The notes beneath the pieces are model-generated. The model made no database searches and had not been told where the DNA came from. It worked only from the letters and a program-made list of their open reading frames with translations. A stretch of DNA of 64,000 nucleotides from an uncultured Planctomycetota bacterium (GTDB lineage: Bacteria > Planctomycetota > Planctomycetia > Gemmatales > Gemmataceae), in the NCBI GenBank assembly GCA_963849325.1, contig CAWKHF010000004.1:96001-160000 (forward strand), given 5' to 3'. Of this stretch, positions 31,402-41,393 are shown in pieces. The number at the start of each line of letters is the position of its first letter. Position 1 is the first letter of the stretch. A program made the translations under genes and the position numbers.

Positions 31402-31481
31402 CCTGGCGGGTTAGTTGGCGGGCGGCACAACCTCAACCTCGTGAGGGATGCTGCGCCGCCAACTAACCCGCCAGGTTTTTT
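31402..31481 (+). terminator. Long hairpin (20-bp perfect stem) followed by T6; terminator/attenuator or sRNA
   Basis: CCTGGCGGGTTAGTTGGCGG (31402-31421) / CCGCCAACTAACCCGCCAGG (31456-31475). Confidence 0.65.
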
Positions 31482-31509
31482 GTTGCGCCGCCTCCTCTGG
31501 TGCGATCTC

Positions 31510-31734
31510 GTGAGCGGTTCTCCCGTCGTTCCCGTCCGAATCCCAGCCGAATTGCTCGAACTGCTGGACCAAGCCGTTGCCCGGTCGATGGCCACCCGCA
31601 GAGACGGTCCCTGGACCCGCTCCAACTTCATCGTTGCCGCCATCGAGGAGAAGTTGAAGAAGATGGCCCGCAATTCGGGCAAAAGCCAATCGCCCCTGCC
31701 GACGACCCACCGCCGGGATTCTGCGACCTTCTGA
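31510..31734 (+). CDS. Ribbon-helix-helix (CopG-like) regulator
   Basis: VVPVRIPAELLELLDQAV...TRSNFIVAAIEEKL. Confidence 0.7.
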   Translation: MSGSPVVPVRIPAELLELLDQAVARSMATRRDGPWTRSNFIVAAIEEKLKKMARNSGKSQSPLPTTHRRDSATF

Positions 31735-31887
31735 GGAAGGGTGTATTACACCCCCTCCGGGAAAGCGGTGGCAAAGAACTTGGCAGAATCCGGCGCTCGT
31801 GGTTTACAGATCGCCAATTTTCGCAGTAAAGAGAGATACCCGAACCGACAGCAACTTGGGCAAGCAGTCAGGGAGATCACTGGAGTC

Positions 31888-33771
31888 ATGCGCAAGAGCA
31901 AGGTCAAGAAGCCTGGCAATACCAAGGCCCAGGAGCAGCGGCACAGCATTCCCCCCGCCCTGCGGATTTCTGGCAGGCCGTCCTTCGATTGGGTCATGGA
32001 GAGCGGAGCCGCTTACAACTTCCGGGAGTTAGGGAGGCTCCTTGCGGTGTCGAACCCTGGCCTCTACCGACGTGCCGACAGCTACGGACTCTACAAGACG
32101 GTGCCTGGCAAGAACACCCCCGTTACGGTCGCCACGGGCAGGGCGTTGCGTTCCCTGCTGGTGGACACGGTGGACATCACCGTTATCAAGAACGGCAAGT
32201 TCGCCAGCGACATGCCGCCGGTCGCCACCTTGGACACGATGCTCGCCACGGAATGCTTCCTTGGTGCGTTCCGTCCCGTCCAGCGCATCGTTACTTCGCC
32301 GGTCTACCTGCCGGACTTCAGCCTGACCCAGCCGGGCTACAACCCAGGCGGCGTCCTCTACCTGGGACCGGCTCCCGCCGTCTCCGAGAGCCTGGAGTTC
32401 ACCAGCCGGTTCCTCGACGTGATGGAGTGGGCCGGGAGCGCCGACCGGACCAACGCCGTCGCTGCGGCGCTCCTCGTGCATCTCCGTCTGCTCTGGCCGG
32501 GCGGCAAGCCGGTCGTCCTCATTACGGCAATCGTCTCCGGGGCCGGGAAGGGCACCGTCATGAAGTATGCGGCGGGGAACGTCCGGCGGGCCAGCATCCT
32601 CTACGAAAACCTCGACTGGCCCATTCAGAGGCAGTTGCAGCCGCAACTCAACGCCCATCCCGACGTTGGGGTGATTACGTCGGACAACGTGCGCACCGAT
32701 AGCTCGCACTCCAGGGAAATCCGCTCCGGCTTCTTGGAGGGCTTCATCACCGACCCGGAGATCATCATGAACGCTCCCGGCGGCGGTCCCGAAGTCCGCA
32801 CCCCGAACGCCTTCGTCTACTTCATCAACACGAATGAGGGCGTCTTCTCCAAGGACTTCTTGAACCGCTCGCTCCTCAGCCACCTGACACCGAAGGGCGA
32901 CGTGACGGAAACGCACCGCAACTGTCCGATTGGCGACCCGATGGAGTACCTGGACAAGAACCGGGAGCAGTTGGACGCCGAACTCCGGGGAATGATCGAA
33001 CGGTGGAAGAAGGCGGGGAAGCCGCTGCTCCCGGACGCTCCAGAGGGCCATCGCATGGTGGACTGCACCCGGACGCTGGGCGGCATCCTCCAGGTCAACG
33101 GCTTCAAGGACTTCCTGGGGAACTACCGCAGCGTCCGGGCAGCTTACGATCCCATCGGGCAGTCCCTCGGCATCATGGCAGCGGCGCAGCCGGGCCGGGA
33201 GATGACGGCCAGGGAATGGGCGGCGCAGGCGGTGACGCAGGGCCTTGACAACCTCTTCGGCCCAGGGAGTCGTGGCAGGGAGAAGGTGCTGTCGCAGGAG
33301 CGGGAGATGGGCTGGAAGCTCAAGGCATTCATCAACCACACCGTTGAGTTCGTCACCGAGGACGGCGGACGGCTGCGGTTCAAGTTGCATAAGGATAAGC
33401 GGCGCTGGGGCGGCCTCGACCCCCACTTCCGCTACTGGTTTGAGCCGGAGGACGAGGCGACGAAGGACGCCGTGAAGGAACTGATGCTGCCGAAGCCAGC
33501 CGCAACCGAAGCGTCCACGAACGGCTCCGGCCTTCGCTGCATCGTGTGTAACGGGCCGTCGCTCGCCGTGGTGGGCACCGGCAACAAGCAGGTCCACTAC
33601 TGCCTGAAGCATTACCAGGAAAAGCACGGCGACCTGGACCAGTATCAGCCGGAGCCGATCCCGACCCCCATTGAGGCCCCGATGCCCGCAACGCTTGACG
33701 CCCCGAAGCAGGACGGCTTGGACCAGCACCAGCCAGAGGAGATTCCGGCCCGGAAGGAGGCGTCACCTTGA
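31888..33771 (+). CDS. P-loop NTPase, probable replication helicase-type protein
   Basis: Walker A SGAGKGT, Walker B-like VITSDNV, YFINTN, DFLNRSL. Confidence 0.65.
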   Translation: MRKSKVKKPGNTKAQEQRHSIPPALRISGRPSFDWVMESGAAYNFRELGRLLAVSNPGLYRRADSYGLYKTVPGKNTPVTVATGRALRSLLVDTVDITVIKNGKFASDMPPVATLDTMLATECFLGAFRPVQRIVTSPVYLPDFSLTQPGYNPGGVLYLGPAPAVSESLEFTSRFLDVMEWAGSADRTNAVAAALLVHLRLLWPGGKPVVLITAIVSGAGKGTVMKYAAGNVRRASILYENLDWPIQRQLQPQLNAHPDVGVITSDNVRTDSSHSREIRSGFLEGFITDPEIIMNAPGGGPEVRTPNAFVYFINTNEGVFSKDFLNRSLLSHLTPKGDVTETHRNCPIGDPMEYLDKNREQLDAELRGMIERWKKAGKPLLPDAPEGHRMVDCTRTLGGILQVNGFKDFLGNYRSVRAAYDPIGQSLGIMAAAQPGREMTAREWAAQAVTQGLDNLFGPGSRGREKVLSQEREMGWKLKAFINHTVEFVTEDGGRLRFKLHKDKRRWGGLDPHFRYWFEPEDEATKDAVKELMLPKPAATEASTNGSGLRCIVCNGPSLAVVGTGNKQVHYCLKHYQEKHGDLDQYQPEPIPTPIEAPMPATLDAPKQDGLDQHQPEEIPARKEASP

Positions 33772-34421
33772 ACCGTTTCATCAACAAGGTGTTCAACGGC
33801 GATGCCCTGGACTTGCTGCGGGCGATTCCCACCGCCTCCATCGACGACGTGATTGCCGACGCCATGTACGGGACGGCCAAGGTCTGTCGCTACGATTGGG
33901 GTCTCGACCCGGCGAGAGGCGACCCCGTAAAGCACTGGCAAGACCACGCACCGATCTACCAGGAATGCCGTCGAGTCCTCAAGCCCGGCGGCATCCTGGC
34001 GTGGGGGCAGGGCATCAAGTTTGCCGGGCATTTTCCAACTTGGTTCGGACCACACGGCCTTTGGCCGTTAGCTCGGAGGGGGCGTCGTTCACGGAACTGG
34101 ATCAGTTGTCACCTTTGGGTTGTCCAGACCAAGGAGCAGCAGCCGATTCCGCTCCCGTCTAACTACAAGCTGATCGAGTTCGACACCTTGCCTCCTCTGA
34201 CCGTCCACCCCTGCCCCAAGCCGGTCGAGGAAATGAAGTTCCTGCTCGAAGCGCTCACCAAGCCCGGCCAGATCGTCCTCGACTGCTTTTGTGGGCTAGG
34301 CAGCACGCTGGTCGCTGCCCAGCAACTTGGTCGCCGCTGGATCGGCTGCGACAAAAGCCGGGCGTACTGCCAATGGACGATGAAAGAGTTGGACAAACTT
34401 CCCAAACAGAACGTCGCCTAG
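33768..34421 (+). CDS. DNA N4/N6 methyltransferase, beta class, atypical motif IV (DAMY)
   Basis: GDALDLL...IADAMYG...RVLKPGG...HPCPKP...VLDCFCGLGST. Confidence 0.85.
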   Translation: MNRFINKVFNGDALDLLRAIPTASIDDVIADAMYGTAKVCRYDWGLDPARGDPVKHWQDHAPIYQECRRVLKPGGILAWGQGIKFAGHFPTWFGPHGLWPLARRGRRSRNWISCHLWVVQTKEQQPIPLPSNYKLIEFDTLPPLTVHPCPKPVEEMKFLLEALTKPGQIVLDCFCGLGSTLVAAQQLGRRWIGCDKSRAYCQWTMKELDKLPKQNVA

Positions 34422-34448
34422 CGCCATTGCCAGGCCAGAGAGCCAACC

Positions 34449-34850
34449 ATGCTGATCGAACTGAACCGCTTCCTCACCCGGAGCGAGATCGAGCGGCTTT
34501 ACCAGATACCCCCGGATGTGCTGCCCACGGTGATGGCAGGTGTGCCGGTAGTGCATCGTGACGAGAGCGGCGAGGAGCGTTTCGCTGAGAGCCACATCGA
34601 CCGGGCGGTAGACGCTTTCGCCGCCAGCGCCAGCAGGATGCAGCACCAGACGTGCGAACCCGCCCCGAAGGGGAGGCCGGGGCGCAGAAACACCACCGCC
34701 GACATCGCCGTGGTCGCCAACGAACTGAAGGCACAGGGGAAGACCTGGAAGGAGATGCTTGCCGCCTGCAAGAGCCGATTCCCTGGCCGGGTCACGAACG
34801 CCGAGCAACTGCGCACGATCTGGCGGCGGCATTACGGCGGAAAGAAGTAG
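34449..34850 (+). CDS. Hypothetical protein, possibly DNA-binding
   Basis: 133-aa ORF; basic KGRPGRR and C-terminal helix-turn-helix-like segment. Confidence 0.6.
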   Translation: MLIELNRFLTRSEIERLYQIPPDVLPTVMAGVPVVHRDESGEERFAESHIDRAVDAFAASASRMQHQTCEPAPKGRPGRRNTTADIAVVANELKAQGKTWKEMLAACKSRFPGRVTNAEQLRTIWRRHYGGKK

Positions 34851-35023
34851 CGGGCCAGAAATGTCGGGCGAAACGATCCGCCCAATTTTCGCCCATCCTG
34901 GGTGGACTGTAAGGTGGCTGCGAGGACCGAACGTGCTGGATCGCAACATGCTGGACCGCCAGACCGTGGACAAGGACATTCTGTATTGCCTGCATCGCCC
35001 GGACGGTGACAAGGAGGACCGAT

Positions 35024-38000
35024 ATGCGTCTCAATATCGACCCCAAGGGTAAGTGGGAAGTCGCCATGACCCCGGATGAGGCGGTGCGGCTCGCTGAGCA
35101 AATCCGCCAGGTCGTTAGTGAGCGTTGCGAGAACGAAGACATTGAAGTGACGTTCACGCACGGGGCGTGGGTCGTCACCACGGTGTCAAAGGAGGAGGAA
35201 TGAGTCGTGGCTGACGTTATCAACTTCCGTACCGAAAAGCTCCTGCACCTTCTGCGCAAGGCTCTGGAGGAAGTGGAGCAGCGCCGTCTGGCGGGCAAGA
35301 TCACGCAGGAAGACATTGGCGACCTGCTGAAACTGAAGGCGCGAGCTTGATCGCCTGCTGCCGGAGAAGGAGGAATAAACCGTGAAGACCCACATGCGTC
35401 ACTTCGACGGCGTGCTGCGTGAGCAGGACGGCAACCAGGGTTGCCCGCAGTGCGGGGCCGCACCGCAGCACTGCCAGTACATCGAAATCCAGGCCGTCAC
35501 CTACGAGTACGACCCGAAGAAGGGCATCCACGTCCCAATCGAGTACGTCAGCCCGGCGGAACTGGATTACGACGTGGAGTACGACGACGACCACCCCGAA
35601 GTCCTGGGCAAGTGCAACCAGTGTGGCCACGAGTGGGCTGCGTTCCAAAGTGAGGAGTAAACATGAAGTGTCCCGTTTGCAAGAAGCCCACCCAGGAGCC
35701 GGGTGCTTGTCTCGCCTGCCTGCCGTTCAATATGTACTTCGGCGTTGACACGACTCCAGAAGATGAGGACCGTTGCCGCCGCCTGATGGTGGCCAACCGT
35801 AATAAGCTCGACACCATCCCATTCAGCCAAATGAAGATCGGGGTCGGCGGCGAACATCACCCGCAGGTTGATGGTGATGACCTCGTTCAATTCGTCCTTG
35901 ACGACGGCATCACCATGACGACCGCCCTGGACCTGTTCGCCCGCAAGTCCGTACTCTTCGGGCGTCAACCCACGGAAGCGAAGTGAGCCATGAGCATGGA
36001 ACACGAATTGATATGTCCCAAGTGCGGCGGGGTTGTCACCGTGAACGACGGCAACTGCAATAGTGAAGGATCGTGGATAACGCACGGTGCGGCGACTGCG
36101 AATCGGAGTTCGCTGTGGGCTGGGAACATACTCCATTCTTGTACGATACCGACGAAGACGACAAAAACTTATGAAGCACTTCAACCAGACCTGCGAACAT
36201 TGTCACTCAGGGCCGCAGGCGCTCGCCTGCATCTCCTGCGGTCGCTGGTGTTGCGAGCGCTGCCTGGAAGCCTGCGTCCGCTGCGGCGAGTTCGTCTGCC
36301 CCTGGTGCAAACGGATCGGACCAACGACCGAGTACGGCCCAGGGTATTGCGAGAACTGCTTGGAGGAGATCAAGTCATGAAGTTGAAATGCAAAGGCTGT
36401 GGCAACATGGACAAGTTCTGCGGCTTCCAGCAGGCCACCGGCAGTCACGATTGTGTCGTGGGCCTTAGCCGGGAGGAGGCGGTTCCTGGCTGCGGCAGCG
36501 ACGACGTGGCAGCGACGGCTGCGGCAGCGCCGCCCTGCTCGGAGAAGTTGCTCTGACTCCCCCGGCGTTGCGCCCAGCCATGCGTCGGAAGCTGAAGTAC
36601 GAAAGGCAGCGCCAGGAGGCTTTGGAGATCGTGGAGGCCATGAGTGCGCAGTACCACCTGGAGATGGCGGCGCAGCAGGCTGCTCCGGCCCAGGACACCG
36701 AAGGGGGAAAGGCATGACCTGCAAAAACCACGAATGGGTCGTCTTCTCGACGGCCCTCGATAAAGGTTGGCTGATGCTCCAGTGCGTCAAATGCGGCCTT
36801 CACGCCACGGTCGATGACCCCTCGAAGAAGGAATGGTCGAATGCGTACCATGCGCCGTCGAATCCGTATCGCTGGCTTGATGAAACACGGGTCGTGATCC
36901 ACGAGGAGCATCCCGCCGACCCGCGCTACGTCCAGAAGGAGCCGCCAAGCGCCAAGAAGTGCGAATGCTATGCCAAGCTGGGTGTACCTGAGCCGGGCGG
37001 TTACGAGCGGGTCTGGATCGAGGCGACCAGGCTGAAGCCGGACCTGACTCCTGAAGCCCGGAAGGAGTTGCTGCACCTGGCTGCGCTGGCGGATCGGGCC
37101 GCTGACCTTTGCAGCACCTTCTTTCCTCTGTTCGTTGAGGGCTACCAGCAGGACACCGGCGGCGAGCCGAGCCACGCCGTCCGCTGGTTCGCCAAGCAGA
37201 TCGACAAGCTGCGGGCGATGGGCGTCCATTGCTCCTCGTCCGTGATCGCCACGCTGCTGCGGGAGTTGGCGAAGGCGTAGCTTCTGGCACCTGGCGGGAA
37301 GACAAGGCTCCGGCCCGAAAGGAGGCAGGTTTGATGAGCGAGAAGGAAGGCAACCGCTCGGCTCTGGCCCTGGGCCTGTACTTGTACCGGGTGCTGGAGA
37401 ACGACTCAGACGCCGACCCGCTGGACCACGGGGCTGTGCGGGCGGAAAGCCCGGAAGCCGCCAAGCGCCTCGTGGCCGAGCGGCTGCGGGGAGACTTGGA
37501 GTGGATATTCGACGTGTCTGGCGAGGACCAGCTAAAGGTCCGCCTCCACCCCTTGGAGGACGTGCAGACTAGCCAGGTCTTGAACTCGGAGAACTTTGAG
37601 GACTTCGAGGTTGAGCGGCCTAACCTTGGCCTTGCGCCTGAACGGTCGTCCTGACCAGAACAAGGAGGTAGTCATGAAGCAGTACACCTTCGTGGAGAAG
37701 ATCGTCAGCAAGGCGCAGTGGCTTGTCAAGGCCGAGACGCTGGCCGATGCCGAGCGGCGGTTCCAGGCCCTCCGTGACGAAGGGGAACCGCCGGTCGAGG
37801 AGGAGGTCGAGGACTCCGAGATTATCACCGTGTTGGAAGACGGCATTGCCGTTCCGCCGCCGGGCAAGAAGCGCTACCACATCGAGGTCAAGGTCGAAGG
37901 CGGCACGAAGCACTACGAGGTCTTTGCCGCCGACGAGGACGAGGCCGTGATCGCCGGGCAGGATCGTTTCCTTGGAGAGAACCCTGGCCAGGACGTTCTG

Positions 38001-38975
38001 ACGATCTCTGTGGAGGAAGCGTCTACCGCCGAGGCTGAGGCCGTCGAGAAGGCGTGGCAATTCCACCTGGATGTGGTCGGCTACGGCGACGACCCGGAAG
38101 AAGCTTGGGGGAATCTGCTCCTGCACTCACTGAAGGAGCCGCCACCTTGCGAGTGGCTGACGGAAATGAACGTGCGCCTGGAAGACGAGAGCCACGAAGG
38201 AGGAACCGATCAGTGAAACAAGAAGAAGCCCGCCTGAAGCGTGCGCTGAAGAAGCTGGAGAAGGCCGGGGTCGAAGCCTTCCACCCTGAGCGGTTCCCGC
38301 AGGATGATCGCCTTCGCTGCCGGTCGTGTGGCCAAATCTTCTGGCCTGGGAGCCGGAAGCGGATTTGGTATCGGTGCCCGAATGGGTGCTGTCCCAAGAC
38401 CGAGGCCGAGGAAGCACTAGAGTTGCTGGACAAGCTCTGCCCGCCGGAAGAGGCCGGGCCGTGATGGGCCAGCGGGTCCGGGGCGTTCTTAACTTGCAAA
38501 CAGGGAAGGGGCAGGAGCGAGGAGCGATTCGGGCCAAGTTTCCGGCCCCTGCCCAGGGCAAGACCGGGCCAAATTATTCTCGCACTCTTGCGTTTCCTGC
38601 CGCAAGTCCTTTCCAGGCAAGTAGAAGAAACTTGTTCGGCCAGTTTTACAACCGACTCGATGCCGCTCTATAGTGCTTGATGAAACAAGAATGTGCGATC
38701 TGCTTGGCTGGGTTGGTCCTGGCATCAGAAAACATGGCCAAGAAGAAGCTGGCCTGACTTTTCCAGAGGAGCCACAACAAATGAAACGCAACAGCAAGAG
38801 ACTGCCTCAGCGGCTCGTGGTAGATGACGTGCTTTATCAGGACGGCTATATCTGGATCGTCGTGGACGGCCAGGAGATTATCCTCGACGTTCTCAACGGC
38901 TGCGATACCGTTGAGGACTTGCTGGAGGCGTGTCGGGAGTGGTTGGCGTGGGACGAGGCCCAGGCGGGCAAGTGA
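35024..38975 (+). CDS. Run of ~12 small hypothetical genes, many with CxxC pairs (e.g. 35382-35660, 35663-35986, 36171-36380, 36714-37280, 37333-37654, 37674-38216, 38213-38464, 38781-38975)
   Basis: Closely coupled ORFs with GGAGG RBSs; multiple CxxC motifs. Confidence 0.65.
37624..37668 (+). repeat. 45-bp repeat (also 39194-39238 and 40604-40648)
   Basis: CCTTGGCCTTGCGCCyGmACGGwCGyCC..ACCAG...AArGAGG, three copies. Confidence 0.85.
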
Positions 38976-39053
38976 CCTACAAGGAGACTGAACTATGTTT
39001 CCACCTGGGTATCGGCCAGGGCAATCGCTTCTGGACAACGATGCCTACGAAGC

Positions 39054-39238
39054 CGCAAGTCGGTCGCCTCGATGCGGCGTGGCGTGGCGACCGGCTTCTC
39101 GATCTCCACCGAAGGGGAGGGGTTGGCCGTCGGCTCCGTGGTCGATGGCCAATACCGGCTCCGGGCGGGCGAACCATTGAGGACGGGGCCATGCCTTGGC
39201 CTTGCGCCCGCACGGACGCCCCCACCAGGGTAAAGAGG
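39054..39238 (+). pseudogene. Degenerate copy of the ubiquitin-like coding repeat joined to the 45-bp repeat
   Basis: Reads RKSVASMRRGVATGFSISTEGEGLAVGSVVDGQYRLRAGE; N-terminal part and GRKG missing. Confidence 0.8.
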
Positions 39239-39690
39239 GTGTACGAGTGGATTCCCAGGAAGAAGCTCCCTTGAAGCGAGCAGCGGTGGTAAAGAAGGCG
39301 GTGCGTCTGGCCGACATCCTGGCTACCATCGACCAGATTTCGGACGGACATGGCGATCTGGACACTTTTCGGTGGAACTGAAGAATCGGGTAAACAACCG
39401 GCTGAACGGGGAGTATTATCAGATCATGAGGACAAGGGCATTGGCAGCCAGCATCAAGCGACCTGCGACGACCAGCCTCCTATTATGACAGGCGCTATAG
39501 AGCGCAACGACCGCCCCGATTTGGCGGTTGCCTGACCAACATCATTTTGGACTTTACGCTCGTGGGCTTGGGACGCCATTTCTTGTCCCGGCTATAGGCT
39601 CCACCCATTACCCAGCGACAGCGGCAGATAGCACTCCTTCGAGGATGATCTGCGCTCGGCCCAAATCAAATGAAAGAGGAAGGACTGACC

Positions 39691-40503
39691 ATGACGACGC
39701 CGCAGAAGCCACAGCCGACACCCGAAGACCTCCAGAACTGGTACTATGGTCGCCATCATCTCCAGCGTAAGGCTGGACAGCCGGAGACGTTGCCAAAGCT
39801 GTATTATTACCTGTCCTTTTCAGTCTATCCACCAGATACAGCCAAGCTCGAATATCGGGACTGGTACAATTGTGATTGGGTTCACATCAAGCACCGTGCC
39901 GTAATTGAAGCACTTCCGGTGGACCAGATACGGCAGCAGGTTCTTGACCTGTGCCCGGCTGGTTCCGTCATCACCGAGGAACGGGATTGGGGGCGGAATG
40001 CCTACCTCACGTCGGCCCGTTGGCTAATTGCCAAGGGCTTTTATTCCGAACAGGACGGCAACGAACAGGAACGGTTGAGGAAGCTCCGGCAGTCCTGGGA
40101 TCAGCCGCCGAGCCGGATGGTTCCGACGCCGACCCCGGAAGCCGTTAATACCTGGCTGTCGGATCGGTATTACGGCCTGGAGAAGAAGCGGGGCCAGCCG
40201 GAAATAATCCCGGATGTCTTCAAGCGGGTTCGTCTCGAAATCGTCCTCGACGGTCAGGTTCACCGGGTTCAGTGGGTCATCCTCGAAGAAAAGTCCTCCC
40301 GGCTGGCTGGGGAATACCGGGACTACATTCAGGCTGACCTGGAAGAACTGTTGGGGAGCGACGTTCATATTGCCGGTAGCATTCAGGTCTACGGTAAGGA
40401 GTACCGGCCCGCAACACGTTGGTTGATTGCGAACGGCTTCTGCACCGATGTTGCGACGGCTGAGTACCAGCGGAAGAAACTGCTGAAGGACATGGGGCCT
40501 TAG
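39691..40503 (+). CDS. Hypothetical protein with two tandem homologous domains
   Basis: PTPEDLQNW...GQPETLP...RWLIAKGF vs PTPEAVNTW...GQPEIIP...RWLIANGF. Confidence 0.8.
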   Translation: MTTPQKPQPTPEDLQNWYYGRHHLQRKAGQPETLPKLYYYLSFSVYPPDTAKLEYRDWYNCDWVHIKHRAVIEALPVDQIRQQVLDLCPAGSVITEERDWGRNAYLTSARWLIAKGFYSEQDGNEQERLRKLRQSWDQPPSRMVPTPTPEAVNTWLSDRYYGLEKKRGQPEIIPDVFKRVRLEIVLDGQVHRVQWVILEEKSSRLAGEYRDYIQADLEELLGSDVHIAGSIQVYGKEYRPATRWLIANGFCTDVATAEYQRKKLLKDMGP

Positions 40504-40529
40504 TTTACCGGCGCAAAACGCCATCCCTG

Positions 40530-40648
40530 GCTTTCATCGGCGGCATGGTGGTCGAGCCGAGTACCGGCTCCGGGTGGGCGAACCTTTGAAGGCGGGGCCA
40601 TGACCTTGGCCTTGCGCCCGAACGGTCGCCCTCACCAGGGTAAGGAGG
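40530..40648 (+). pseudogene. Second degenerate Ubl 3' fragment plus 45-bp repeat
   Basis: AFIGGMVVE-(frameshift)-EYRLRVGEPLKAGP-stop. Confidence 0.75.
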
Positions 40649-40784
40649 AGCAGGGGTGGATCGGCGGGATGCTTGTGCGACTCGCTGAAAATCTAGCAGT
40701 GGTGGTTTACAACCGGCAACTTTTTTCCGTACCCTCTTGATACGCCGAGCAACTGAGCCTCGGCCAGCACCAGGGAGAACTGCG

Positions 40785-41318
40785 ATGGGCAATTTCATTG
40801 GCATGACCATCTGGCGTCTGCCTGAACGACCAACCAAGCGCAAGCCGAAGTATGTGGGCTGCCACTACCGCCTTGATCTTGTGCCTCCAACCTCTGAAGT
40901 CCTTCTGGACGCTTATCACGCCGCCAAGGACGAGAGCCGCTGGGTCATCCTTCCTTACCGCCCGCTGCCTGGGGGAAGCGTTGACCACCAGTGCTGGAAG
41001 AACGTCGAGAAGGCCGTTGAGTTGTGGGGCGGGGAGATGCAGCCGGGTTGGTATTTCCATCGTGATCCGATGATCGCCAAGAATTACATGGCTGACATCG
41101 AGGCGGTCCCGCACTCTGTCTGGCGCTCGCCGGAAGGACGGTTGTTCGAGGTCAGCGCAGATTGCGAAGGTGCCCCGTTCTTCCCAAGCCAGGTGGTCCG
41201 TCCATATATGGCTCTTAACGTCGGCTTTTGCGACGATCTCTCCCATGCGTCCACCTACCGGCCTTGCGACCCTGAGTTGGCGGCGGTGAGTGGTAATGCC
41301 TATTGCAAGGTTCCATGA
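40785..41318 (+). CDS. Hypothetical protein, possible papain/transglutaminase-like fold
   Basis: QCWKNV...GG...GW...PHSVWRSPEGRLFEVS. Confidence 0.6.
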   Translation: MGNFIGMTIWRLPERPTKRKPKYVGCHYRLDLVPPTSEVLLDAYHAAKDESRWVILPYRPLPGGSVDHQCWKNVEKAVELWGGEMQPGWYFHRDPMIAKNYMADIEAVPHSVWRSPEGRLFEVSADCEGAPFFPSQVVRPYMALNVGFCDDLSHASTYRPCDPELAAVSGNAYCKVP

Positions 41319-41393
41319 CGATTGGGCGCTCATCCGCCGCCTCGCCGCTGAGTACGGCCCGGACTGTGCGGCGCACCGAGGAGTGAGAACAAC

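Noticed and set aside
32029-33729. Long antisense ORFs (also 11651-13042, 28199-29575, 40707-42239, 59474-61018)
   Set aside because: Shadows of real high-GC genes on the opposite strand, with no recognisable motifs
37638-37646. CCTGAACGG inside the 45-bp repeat as another 27-bp motif copy
   Set aside because: No GTGCAG arm at the expected distance
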